From positions 14,668-78,667 of the forward strand of contig SAAU01000002.1 in assembly GCA_009929265.1 (NCBI GenBank): DNA of 64,000 nt. The letters are read 5' to 3'. The notes below the pieces were generated by a model, which worked only from the letters and a program-made list of their open reading frames with translations, was not told the origin of the DNA and searched no databases. Source of the DNA: Alphaproteobacteria bacterium (GTDB lineage: Bacteria; Pseudomonadota; Alphaproteobacteria; CASFRQ01; SAAU01). The translations under genes and the position numbers were made by a program. Below are positions 1-9,455 of the stretch, piece by piece; position 1 is the stretch's first letter; every line of letters starts with the position of its first letter.

Positions 1-491
1 GTCAAAAGTCGTCCGCGCTTCAAAAGGAAGTTTGCGTTCAACCAAATAAGTTAAACATTTTAAGGTTTCTTGCTCTACATTTTTTCGGCAGGTGATTTTT
101 TCATATTTATCGAAGGGAGCTTTTATATCTAATCCCACCCAAGAAACAAGGGGCATAACTTCCTTAAAGCGTTCAAAATTCACCCCTGCTGTATGAAGAG
201 CAAGTTCAAACCCCATTTCTTTAATTTGTTCGGCAGCTTCCCTTAAGTCTTTTTGAACTAAAGGCTCTCCTCCGCTTAAAACAACTGCGGATAAAACTTT
301 TTTTCGTTTTTCTAAAAAAGCAAGAAAAGCTTCAAAAGAAGAAGCCCCTGAAAGAGGCTCCATCCCTTGAAGTGGTTTATTCTGGCAATAGGGGCATCTC
401 AATGGGCATCCTTGAAAGAAAACCGCGGATGTAATATGATCCGGCCAATCGACACTCGTAAAAGGAATATATCCTGCAAGAATAGGCATTT
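1..491 (-). CDS. nrdG: Anaerobic ribonucleotide reductase activating protein NrdG (radical SAM), 3' part truncated by window edge
   Basis: The minus-strand translation from the ATG at 489-491 reads MPILAGYIPFTSVDWPDHITSAVFFQGCPLRCPYCQN... The CPLRCPYC stretch is the radical-SAM CxxxCxxC motif. The ORF lies immediately downstream of nrdD and runs off the window edge. Confidence 0.8.
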
Positions 492-676
492 TATGCAACT
501 TTACTCTTACATGTATTCATCCGTTCAAAAGCCTTATCTTCGGTAAACCATTTGCGTTCTTTATATTCGCTTTGTTTCCCTTTGTTGAATTGAGAAACCG
601 GACGGAAATAACCCATAACCCGTGTCCAACATTCAACTTCTTGACGTTCTTCGTCTTTAAGTACAATTTTTTCCAT
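492..676 (-). CDS. Stand-alone glycyl-radical module of class III RNR, 61 aa: MEKIVLKDEERQEVECWTRVMGYFRPVSQFNKGKQSEYKERKWF...
   Basis: The ATG at 674-676 follows an AAAGGAGAG Shine-Dalgarno sequence. The peptide carries the RV(M/C)GY glycyl-radical signature that normally ends NrdD. The frame differs from the upstream nrdD ORF, which ends with TAA at 708-710. Confidence 0.6.
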
Positions 677-707
677 TTTTTCTCTCCTTTCTTTTATTTT
701 AACTGAA

Positions 708-2774
708 TTAAGACATTGAAACAACTTTTTTAAGCTCTTGCTCTTTTTCAAAAATAATTTCTTTGTCGCAAATCGGGCAATATTTATGAGCCCCTGAAAT
801 ATACCCATGTTTTGGGCAAATAGAATAAACAGGCGTAATTGTCAAATACGGCAATCTATAGTTTGTCAAAGCGGTTTTAATGAAATCCCGACAAACAGAA
901 ACACTTGAAACCCGCTCATTCATATAAAGATGAAGCACTGTTCCCCCTGTATACTTGGACTGTAATTCTTCTTGCATATCCAAAGCTTCAAACGGATCAT
1001 CGGTGAATCCTGATGGCAATTGGGAGGAGTTCGTGTAGTAAGGCGCTTCATTTGTTCCAGCTTGAAGAATATCTGGAAAGCGTTTCTTATCTTCTTTTGC
1101 AAAGCGATACGTCGTTCCTTCAGCAGGTGTGGCTTCCAAATTGAACATATGACCTGTTTCTTCTTGGAATTCAAGCATCTTTTGACGAATATGCTCCAAA
1201 AATTCAACTGCAAAATTATGTCCCCAATCGTCTGTAATGTCATGGGCATCATTTGTGAAATTGCGAATCATTTCGTTAATGCCATTCACCCCAATTGTAG
1301 AGAAGTGATTTCTAAGCGTTCCAAGATACCGTTTCGTATAAGGGAAAAGCCCTTTATCAATATGTTCTTGAATCGTTTTTCTTTTCATTTCTAAAGAGGT
1401 TCTAGCTAGCATTAACAATTCATCAGTTCTGGCAAGTAAAGCCTCTTTATTTCCTTTATTTAGATACCCTAATCGCGCACAGTTCAACGTCACAACCCCA
1501 ATGGATCCTGTTTGCTCTGCAGATCCAAAAAGCCCATTTCCTTTAGCCAAAAGTTGTCTTAAGTCTAATTGTAGGCGGCAACACATAGAGCGCACTTGCT
1601 TTGGCGATAAGCTGGAGTTAATAAAGTTTTGGAAATAAGGAAGACCGTATTTTGCCGTCATTTCAAACATCGCTTCTGCATTTTTAGAATTCCAAGGAAA
1701 GTCCTTTGTGATGTTATAGGTAGGAATAGGGAATGTAAACGGACGACCCTTTGCATCCCCTTGAGACATCACTTCAATATAGGCCCTATTTAGCATATCC
1801 ATTTCTTCTTGAAGATCCCCATACGTGAAATCCATTTGCTTTCCACCAATAACAGGGTGTTTTGCCTGCAAATCCTCTGGGCAAACCCAATCAAACGTTA
1901 AGTTTGTAAAAGGCGTTTGAGTTCCCCAACGAGAAGGCACATTCAAGTTAAAAATAAAGGATTGCATATTTTGTTTGACTTCTTCGTAAGACATCTTATC
2001 TACACGAATAAATGGGGCTAAGTACGTATCAGCAGAACTAAACGCTTGAGCGCCCGCCCATTCATTTTGAAGAGTCCCCAAGAAGTTAACCATTTGAGAA
2101 AAAGCTGTCCCTAAATGCTTTGGAGGAGCCGATTCGGTTTTATTTTGAACGCCGTTAAAGCCCTCTTCTAATAACACCCGTAAAGACCACCCTGCGCAAT
2201 ATCCAGAAAGCATATCCAAATCATGAATATGATAATCCCCAGCCCGATGCCGTTGTCCAATTTCTTCTGGATACACATGACTTAACCAGTAGTTTGCAAT
2301 TACCTTTCCTGCAATATTTAGAATCATCCCGCCTAAGGAATATCCTTGGTTTGCATTGGCACTTACTCGCCAATCCAACTTATCCAAATATTCATTTACA
2401 GAGGAAATGGCATCAACCGTCACTTTCTTATCTTGTCTTAAGACTTGACGTTTTTGACGATACGTAATGAAAGCTTTTGCTGTCTTAGAATAGTTTGCAG
2501 AGATTAAAACTTGTTCAATGATGTCTTGGATTTGTTCAATTTTTGGAATGGAATCGGGTTGAACTTTGTATTTTAAAACCTTAATGACTTGAGAAGTTAA
2601 TAAACGAGCCTCAAATACATCTAATTCTTGAGTCGTTTCTGAGGCTTTTAAAATCGCTTTCGTAATCTTTTCAACATCAAAAGGAACGCGTTTCCCATCC
2701 CGCTTACAAACCATTTGAAATGGCAGATTATAAGCTTCTTTCCCTTCAAACAAATCTTTTTGATCTAACAACAT
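708..2774 (-). CDS. nrdD: Anaerobic ribonucleoside-triphosphate reductase (class III RNR) large subunit, lacking the C-terminal glycyl-radical segment
   Basis: The 688-aa ORF has an N-terminal ATP-cone (KRDGKRVPFDVEKITKAILKA). A C-terminal Cys/His zinc-ribbon (CPKHGY...YCPICDKE) is followed by a stop. The nrdG activase is adjacent. Confidence 0.8.
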   Translation of the reverse strand: MLLDQKDLFEGKEAYNLPFQMVCKRDGKRVPFDVEKITKAILKASETTQELDVFEARLLTSQVIKVLKYKVQPDSIPKIEQIQDIIEQVLISANYSKTAKAFITYRQKRQVLRQDKKVTVDAISSVNEYLDKLDWRVSANANQGYSLGGMILNIAGKVIANYWLSHVYPEEIGQRHRAGDYHIHDLDMLSGYCAGWSLRVLLEEGFNGVQNKTESAPPKHLGTAFSQMVNFLGTLQNEWAGAQAFSSADTYLAPFIRVDKMSYEEVKQNMQSFIFNLNVPSRWGTQTPFTNLTFDWVCPEDLQAKHPVIGGKQMDFTYGDLQEEMDMLNRAYIEVMSQGDAKGRPFTFPIPTYNITKDFPWNSKNAEAMFEMTAKYGLPYFQNFINSSLSPKQVRSMCCRLQLDLRQLLAKGNGLFGSAEQTGSIGVVTLNCARLGYLNKGNKEALLARTDELLMLARTSLEMKRKTIQEHIDKGLFPYTKRYLGTLRNHFSTIGVNGINEMIRNFTNDAHDITDDWGHNFAVEFLEHIRQKMLEFQEETGHMFNLEATPAEGTTYRFAKEDKKRFPDILQAGTNEAPYYTNSSQLPSGFTDDPFEALDMQEELQSKYTGGTVLHLYMNERVSSVSVCRDFIKTALTNYRLPYLTITPVYSICPKHGYISGAHKYCPICDKEIIFEKEQELKKVVSMS

Positions 2775-2797
2775 CTAGGGTCTCCAATTTTATTTAA

Positions 2798-2813
2798 ATA
2801 CTATATCTTGTGG
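2798..2813 (-). promoter_or_regulatory. Candidate NrdR-box-like palindrome (atactatatcttgtgg) in the nrdD 5' region
   Basis: It matches 12 of 16 positions of the acacaatatattgtgt consensus, recalled from memory. It lies 24 bp upstream of the nrdD ATG. No second in-phase box was found. Confidence 0.2.
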
Positions 2814-3184
2814 TTTTTATTTCTTTCTTACAAAAATCTTACAAAGAGAACAGATCTAAAGTCAAACGATATTTTTATTTAAATTTAAGAAAATTTTTAA
2901 CCCCTTCAAAAATATAAAGAATCTTTTTTCAAGATAAAAAAAGACTCTTTTTTTCATTTTTTCTTATTTCTCTTTTTTAATCCTTTAGAAGGCTTTGAAT
3001 ATCTGTTTTTTTCTTCTTTTTAGAATAAAAAAAGAAAGTTTGATTGGATGTTTTTTTATCTAAAAAAAGATTCCTTTTTTCCGACTCGTCTCTTTTTTTA
3101 TTTTTAAAACTTAAAAAAATCCCTCCTTAAAAAACTTGCGTTCTCTAAAGAGGGAATTTCATTTCCTAAACACGGCCTAAAGCG

Positions 3185-5818
3185 TTATTTTAAAGCCCCA
3201 CAACAATGTTTATATTTCTTTCCAGAGCCGCACGGGCAAGGGTCATTTCGCCCTACTTTTTTCTTTTTTTCAATAAATTCGTGAACAGATTCATCCTCTT
3301 TGTTTGTTGTCAAAGGAATTTCCTCTTGAACAGAACTCTCGGCGGCTGGTTGAATATCCATATGGGTCATCAAAATCGTAATTCGTTCCCGAATATTATC
3401 AAGCATATTGGCAAAAGACAAAAAGGCCTCTTTTTTATATTCATTCAAAGGATCCCGTTGTCCAAAAGCACGAAGCCCAATAGAATGACGGACAAAATCA
3501 ACCACCTGCAAATGTTCTTTCCACGCCCCATCAATCATTTGAAGAAGTAAAGTCTTTTTAATGGACCGAAGCGCCTCTATCCCATAAAGCTCGTCCTTTT
3601 TATGCAAACTTTCAAACACCCCTTTTAAGAGACGATTATAAACCTTTTCAGACGTAATGTTTTCTTCTGCTGCCCATTCTTCTAAAGGCGCATCGATGTT
3701 AATTAAGCGAATACATTCGATTCGAAAAGCCGACATATCCCAATCAACCAATGTGCTTTTAGGCGGCATAAAAGAAAGACACATATTTTCAATCGACTCG
3801 GAAATCATCTCGTTAATCTTTTCTTCGATTTTATTGGCTTCCATAACCTCATTACGTTCCGTATAAATCACTTTCCGTTGATCGTTAATCACATCATCGT
3901 ATTTAAGGAGGTTTTTCCGAATATCAAAATGATAAGCCTCAATTTTTTGTTGAGCTTTTTGAATAGCCTTGTTAATCCACGGATGAATAATGGCTTCCCC
4001 TTTTGGCATTCCAAGTGTTTTTAGGATTTGACTGATTCTATCAGAGCCAAAAATACGCATTAAATCATCCCCAAGGGAGACGTAAAATTTACTGGCCCCC
4101 GGATCGCCCTGACGCCCAGAACGTCCTCTTAACTGATTATCAATCCGACGACTTTCATGACGCTCTGTTCCTAAAACATAAAGTCCTCCGGCGTTGAGAG
4201 CATCCTCTTTGCCTTTTGCAATTTCCTCTTGAACTTTTTGAGTGATTTGTTCAATTTCTTTGGGATCTGTCTTGCCTTCAAGTTCGACTTCAAGGCGCAT
4301 TTTTAAGTTCCCACCCAATTGAATATCCGTTCCACGCCCTGCCATATTTGTTGCAATCGTAATGGCCCCTGGCACCCCTGCCTGCGCAACGATATGGGCT
4401 TCGCGTTCGTGATGGCGCGCATTTAAAACTTCAAAGCGAAGGTCCGTTCTTTGACGCAAAAGCTCTGCCAAAAGTTCTGACTTTTCGATAGAGGTTGTCC
4501 CGACTAAAATAGGTTGTCCTTTTTTATGAACTTTTTCAATTTCCTTAATAATAGCATCGTATTTTTCGTCAAGCGTGCGATAGATTTCATCATGATAATC
4601 TTTTCGTTGACAAGGCAAATTTGTCGGAATCTCAATCACATCTAACTTATAGATACTGTCCAATTCCCCAGCCTCTGTCATTGCCGTTCCCGTCATCCCA
4701 GAAAGGGTCGGATAAAGCCTAAAATAGTTTTGGAACGTAATTGAAGCCAACGTTTGGTTTTCAGGTTGAATTTCAACCCCTTCTTTAGCCTCAATCGCTT
4801 GATGAAGCCCATCAGAATAGCGACGTCCAGCCATCATTCGACCTGTAAACTCATCAATAATCACAACTTGATTTTCTTTGACGATATAATTGACATCTTT
4901 TTGAAAGAGTTGGTGAGCCTGCAAAGCTTCTTCCACATGGTGCACAAAAGCGGCATTTTGAATATCATAAAGAGAAGAATTTTCCTCAATCAACCCTACT
5001 TCTTGAAGAAGAGACTCAATATATTCATTTCCTGCTTCTGTCAAAACAACAGAGCGATTCTTTTCATCTTTTTCAAAATGTTCTGGCGTTAATTTTTTAA
5101 CCAGTTTATCTACAACTATATATTTTTCAGAAGAATCTTCGGCTTGACCAGAAATAATAAGCGGGGTTCTGGCTTCATCAATTAAAATGGAATCCACTTC
5201 ATCAATTAAAGCAAAAAAGAAGGGGCGTTGAACCCTTTCTTCCAAAGAAAAACGCATATTATCCCTTAAATAATCAAAGCCAAATTCATTATTTGTTCCA
5301 TAGGTGATGTCTGCATCATATTGTTTTTTTCTGTCATCGCCTTCTTGTTCATGCAAAATACATCCAACAGATAACCCCAAAAAGCGATAGATTTGTCCCA
5401 TCCATTCACTATCTCGTTTGGCCAAATAATCATTCACCGTGACAACATGAACCCCTTTACCGGCCAAGGCATTTAAATATACAGGAAGCGTGGCAACCAA
5501 TGTTTTACCTTCCCCCGTTTTCATTTCGGCAACTTGCCCTTTATGAAGAACAATTCCGCCCAAAAGCTGCACATCAAAGGGCCGTTGTTTTAAGGTTCTT
5601 TTGGCCGCTTCACGAACCGTTGCAAACGCATCCACCAACAAGTCGTCTAAGCTTTCTCCATTCTGATACCGTTCTTTTAACCAAGGAGTTCTCGCCTTTA
5701 ACTGCTCATCTGACAAGTTTTCAACTTCAGCTTCTTGTTCATTGATTTGCTTTACGATTTTATGAAGACTTTTGATATATCTGTCATTGGCAGACCCAAA
5801 TAGACGATGAAACAACAT
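3185..5818 (-). CDS. secA: Preprotein translocase ATPase SecA
   Basis: The 877-aa ORF has an N-terminus [22 protein letters not shown]-like motor motifs, and the C-terminal Zn-binding tail [14 protein letters not shown]. Confidence 0.9.
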   Translation of the reverse strand: MLFHRLFGSANDRYIKSLHKIVKQINEQEAEVENLSDEQLKARTPWLKERYQNGESLDDLLVDAFATVREAAKRTLKQRPFDVQLLGGIVLHKGQVAEMKTGEGKTLVATLPVYLNALAGKGVHVVTVNDYLAKRDSEWMGQIYRFLGLSVGCILHEQEGDDRKKQYDADITYGTNNEFGFDYLRDNMRFSLEERVQRPFFFALIDEVDSILIDEARTPLIISGQAEDSSEKYIVVDKLVKKLTPEHFEKDEKNRSVVLTEAGNEYIESLLQEVGLIEENSSLYDIQNAAFVHHVEEALQAHQLFQKDVNYIVKENQVVIIDEFTGRMMAGRRYSDGLHQAIEAKEGVEIQPENQTLASITFQNYFRLYPTLSGMTGTAMTEAGELDSIYKLDVIEIPTNLPCQRKDYHDEIYRTLDEKYDAIIKEIEKVHKKGQPILVGTTSIEKSELLAELLRQRTDLRFEVLNARHHEREAHIVAQAGVPGAITIATNMAGRGTDIQLGGNLKMRLEVELEGKTDPKEIEQITQKVQEEIAKGKEDALNAGGLYVLGTERHESRRIDNQLRGRSGRQGDPGASKFYVSLGDDLMRIFGSDRISQILKTLGMPKGEAIIHPWINKAIQKAQQKIEAYHFDIRKNLLKYDDVINDQRKVIYTERNEVMEANKIEEKINEMISESIENMCLSFMPPKSTLVDWDMSAFRIECIRLINIDAPLEEWAAEENITSEKVYNRLLKGVFESLHKKDELYGIEALRSIKKTLLLQMIDGAWKEHLQVVDFVRHSIGLRAFGQRDPLNEYKKEAFLSFANMLDNIRERITILMTHMDIQPAAESSVQEEIPLTTNKEDESVHEFIEKKKKVGRNDPCPCGSGKKYKHCCGALK

Positions 5819-5974
5819 ACTTTTTCCTTAAAAATAAATTAGCCTTGTTCTTATAGATAGGGATTCCTCTCTTTTATGTCAATGTTTTAACATAAGATTC
5901 AGCGGAAAGAAAACGAAAAAACTTTCTTTTTTCAAAAAAACAGGTTAAACATAGATAAAAAAAGAGAGGATTTT

Positions 5975-6904
5975 ATGGAAAAAAGAAAAACACCCCCCGT
6001 TTTACCTGAACAAAAAGGGGTTCGCTTAGATAAGTTTTTAAGTTTATGCTTTCCTGATTTTTCTAGGAATCGGCTGGAAAATTTAATCAAAGACGGCGCT
6101 GTAGAGGAAGAATCATCCCCCTCTTTTAAGGTTAAAGAAGGGATGACATTTACCCTTACGCCGCCCGATTTAGAGGAAGCAAAACCTATTGCAGAAGATA
6201 TTCCTCTTGATATTCTTTATGAAGATGAGGATTTAATTGTTCTTAATAAAGAAGCCGAACAAGTTGTTCATCCAGGGGCCGGAAATCCCCAAGGAACTTT
6301 AGTTAACGCCCTTTTGTATCATTGTGGAGATTCCCTTTCTGGTATTGGAGGGGTTAAACGCCCTGGAATCGTTCATCGGATTGATAAAGAAACCAGCGGA
6401 CTTCTTGTCGTTGCAAAAAACGATACCGCCCATCACCGTTTAGCCAAGCAATTTGAAAAACACACGATCGAACGGACTTATCAAGCCTTTTGCTGGGGGC
6501 GGATGAACCCCATGGAAGGAACGATTGAAGGAGCCATCGGAAGATCCACACAAAATCGGCAAAAAATGGGAATTATTCCAGAAGGAAAGCATGCCATCAC
6601 GCATTATAAAACGCTTGAACTTTCAGGAAATAGCCTTGTTAGCTTTATGGAATTTAAACTTGAAACAGGACGCACGCATCAAATTCGGGTTCATATGAAA
6701 AGTAAAGGGCACCCCCTTATTGGGGACAAACTTTACGGAAAAAATCCTCAAAATGCTCCGGCTTTCTTAAGACATTTCCCGCGTCAAGCTCTTCATGCTT
6801 TTTCTTTGGGCTTTATCCACCCAAGAACCAAAGAATTCCTTTTATTCAAAAGAGAAATTCCTGAGGATATGAGGGCTATTTTTAATGAAATGAGGAACTT
6901 TTAA
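5975..6904 (+). CDS. 23S rRNA pseudouridine synthase, RluA family (RluD/RluC-like) with N-terminal S4 domain
   Basis: An S4-like N-terminus (GVRLDKFLSLCFP...) is followed by the catalytic motif HRIDKETSGLLVVAKN. Confidence 0.8.
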   Translation: MEKRKTPPVLPEQKGVRLDKFLSLCFPDFSRNRLENLIKDGAVEEESSPSFKVKEGMTFTLTPPDLEEAKPIAEDIPLDILYEDEDLIVLNKEAEQVVHPGAGNPQGTLVNALLYHCGDSLSGIGGVKRPGIVHRIDKETSGLLVVAKNDTAHHRLAKQFEKHTIERTYQAFCWGRMNPMEGTIEGAIGRSTQNRQKMGIIPEGKHAITHYKTLELSGNSLVSFMEFKLETGRTHQIRVHMKSKGHPLIGDKLYGKNPQNAPAFLRHFPRQALHAFSLGFIHPRTKEFLLFKREIPEDMRAIFNEMRNF

Positions 6905-6939
6905 AAATATTTCTTTCTTAATAAAAAATCACAAAGCAA

Positions 6940-6972
6940 AACCCCCCGTTCACAAAAGAACGAGGGGTTTAT
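6940..6972. terminator. Bidirectional rho-independent terminator between convergent genes
   Basis: The hairpin ccccccgtt/cacaaaa/gaacgagggg is followed by ttt and flanked by A/T runs. Confidence 0.5.
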
Positions 6973-6996
6973 TGATTTAACTTCTGTTTAAGAAAT

Positions 6997-8241
6997 TTAG
7001 AACTTATATTGGGCTTGAAGGCCAAATAAGTGGGCTCTTGTATGATATTTGACTTCCAATTGTGTCGTTGAAATCTGATGACGTGAAGAAGAATCGTGAA
7101 CAAACATATAGGTATACCCCACATCAACTTTCATCGCCTCTGTATATTGGTAAGAGAATCCAGCAGACAACCAAACCCTGTTATTATCAGGAATACGTGC
7201 CGTTCTGTGATCCGCCCCATTGATTGGCGTTTCATCATATCCAATACCAGATCTTAAGGTCAATTTTGAATCATATTTGTAATCGGCCCCTAAAGAATAG
7301 AACCATGTATTCTTCCAATGTTCATCTGTAATAGAAGGACTGGCTAATAACTCAGATTGAATCGTTAAAGTATCAAAGCGAGACCATTTCGTCCATTTAG
7401 CCATAGCGGATAACGTTAATTTATCAGAAGTTTCATAAACGCCAGAGAAAATTAAAGATTCCGGTGTTGTCAAATAAGCAAACCCGTCTCCTTTTTTAGT
7501 ATAAAGGATAGGCGTGCTTCCTTCTAACTTATGATCCCCCGTTAATTTATGTTTAATTCTGGAACGGTAAGAAACACCAAGTTTGACAGCATCTTTTTTA
7601 TACATAAGACCTAAGTTATACCCAACCCCAAAATCAGAGGCGGTCACTTTACTAAATCCTGTGCCATCTAATTGCGTGTATTGAGTTAGTTTTGCATCAA
7701 ACTTTTGAAAATTAACCCCCAACCCAAAAGAAAAGTTAGAGTTTACATCATAGGAAAGACTTGGCGTCACATCAATAGCTTGAACCTTAGAATCAATGGC
7801 GTGAATAGCCCCGACCCAATCCTCATGATAATTTGTGGAAAGCCCGAAAGGTGCATAAACCCCTAAGCCTAATCTTGTTTTTTCATTTAACTTATATTGT
7901 CCAAAAACATGGGGAATAACCGTATTTAAAATAACTTCTCTATTTCCATAGGAGGTTCCGGGAACAGGAGTGCCTGTCGCCGCCAAATTTAAAGTCCCTT
8001 TATTTTCATTTTTAATATTAAGGACTGTAAATCCCATTTGGGCCCCTGAATCATTCAAAGACATTCCAGCTGGGTTAAACGCGATTGCAGAATAATCATC
8101 CCCGACAAGTCCTGCTCCGGCATAAGAACGCCCTAAGCCTGTTGCACTATATTCAAGAAGTTGAAATCCAGAAGCATTGGCTTCCATTGCAGAGCAAACA
8201 AGAAGACTTCCCAAAGAAACCATTTTTAACATTTTCATCAT
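6997..8241 (-). CDS. Outer membrane transporter, FadL/OmpP1/TodX family
   Basis: A signal peptide is followed by the family N-terminal signature SGFQLLEYSATGLGRSYAGAG. The 414-aa ORF ends in an aromatic residue (..YKF), as beta-barrel proteins typically do. Confidence 0.75.
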   Translation of the reverse strand: MMKMLKMVSLGSLLVCSAMEANASGFQLLEYSATGLGRSYAGAGLVGDDYSAIAFNPAGMSLNDSGAQMGFTVLNIKNENKGTLNLAATGTPVPGTSYGNREVILNTVIPHVFGQYKLNEKTRLGLGVYAPFGLSTNYHEDWVGAIHAIDSKVQAIDVTPSLSYDVNSNFSFGLGVNFQKFDAKLTQYTQLDGTGFSKVTASDFGVGYNLGLMYKKDAVKLGVSYRSRIKHKLTGDHKLEGSTPILYTKKGDGFAYLTTPESLIFSGVYETSDKLTLSAMAKWTKWSRFDTLTIQSELLASPSITDEHWKNTWFYSLGADYKYDSKLTLRSGIGYDETPINGADHRTARIPDNNRVWLSAGFSYQYTEAMKVDVGYTYMFVHDSSSRHQISTTQLEVKYHTRAHLFGLQAQYKF

Positions 8242-8447
8242 TAAGATCCTTATAAAATTTCTTAAACATTTTCCGTTTACTAGAAGTTTTAGACAAATTC
8301 AAGAAACAGACCTTTTTTATGACAAAAATTCATACTTCTGTCTTTTAAGTGTCTTAATACTGTCACATTTTTTTGGGAATTTTTACAAAGAAAAAGCCCC
8401 TTTTCTTAATGAAAAGAGGCTCTTAATGTCTTTAATCTATTTATGAA

Positions 8448-9224
8448 CTATTTGCCAGCTTTCTTATTGGCTTGTTCAAAAACGTCATTCAACTTTTCTT
8501 GAGAGAAAGCACCCGGTTGAATTTGACCATCCAAAATAAACATTGGGACCCCATTCATACCAAGCTTTTGGGCCATCATGATGTTTTTCATCATTTTATC
8601 TTTGTATTCTTTTGAATTGGCCTTTGCCTTTAATTTTTCAACATCCAATCCTAAATCTTTTGCAATTTTTTCAACGTTTTGAGCAGAAAGATCTTTTGTA
8701 TCAATTAAAGCTTCATGGAATTCTTTGAATTTTCCATCGGCAACAGAGGCCATCGCCATTCTTGCTGCATAACTTGAATTTTCACCAAAGATAGGAGTTT
8801 CAACAAAAATCATACGAATGTTTCCGTTTTTGATAACCGGTTCCACCATCATCTTTGACATTTTTTTACAATATCCACATCCATAATCATAGAATTTTAC
8901 GATTGTGTAAGCGGCATCTTTATTCCCCAAAACAGGATTTAAAGCATCTTTATAAATCTCAGGAAGAACATCTTTTAATTGCTTTTGAGCTTCTGCTTGA
9001 CGTTTCATTTCTTTTTCACGTTGCATATTATTAAAAGAATCTATAATTTTTTGAGGGTTTTCCCAAATATATTTTTCAATTAAAGCCGTCACTTCTTTTT
9101 TCTGATTTTCAGAAAAACTTTGAGCAGGTTCTGTTTGTGCCGTTTTTTGAGGGTATATTTTATCACAAGCCACTAAAGCTGTCATAAAAGCCAACGCGGA
9201 AAAAAGAGCTAAAGATTTTTTCAT
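8448..9224 (-). CDS. Periplasmic thiol:disulfide oxidoreductase, DsbA-like
   Basis: A signal peptide with a lipobox-like LVAC is followed by a thioredoxin-fold CxxC motif (YGCGYCKK). The 258-aa protein has a charged coiled-coil N-terminal region. Confidence 0.6.
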   Translation of the reverse strand: MKKSLALFSALAFMTALVACDKIYPQKTAQTEPAQSFSENQKKEVTALIEKYIWENPQKIIDSFNNMQREKEMKRQAEAQKQLKDVLPEIYKDALNPVLGNKDAAYTIVKFYDYGCGYCKKMSKMMVEPVIKNGNIRMIFVETPIFGENSSYAARMAMASVADGKFKEFHEALIDTKDLSAQNVEKIAKDLGLDVEKLKAKANSKEYKDKMMKNIMMAQKLGMNGVPMFILDGQIQPGAFSQEKLNDVFEQANKKAGK

Positions 9225-9455
9225 AAGATATTCTCCTTTTGTTATTTAAAAACTTTCTTAATCAGAACTTTTTTTTATTCAAAATGCAAGAAAAAAATCA
9301 GTTTTTCTTTTTAAAAATAGAAAAACAGGCCTCGTTTTTTTAAAAAAACAAGATTCTTTCCACCTTTAGTGAAAAATAAAAAATAAGTTCCTAGACAAAA
9401 AAAATCCTTCTTTATATATTTAAAGAAAAATCTTCTACAAAAGAGAAGGATTCCG

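Noticed and set aside
2831-2846. Second in-phase NrdR box expected about 31 bp from the first
   Set aside because: No palindromic match was found, so the NrdR assignment stays low-confidence.
2775-3184. 410-bp AT-rich intergenic region with long A/T homopolymer runs between nrdD and secA, as a possible mobile-element remnant or sRNA
   Set aside because: There are no inverted repeats, ORFs or direct repeats beyond simple homopolymers. It is most simply a promoter/UTR region in an AT-rich genome.
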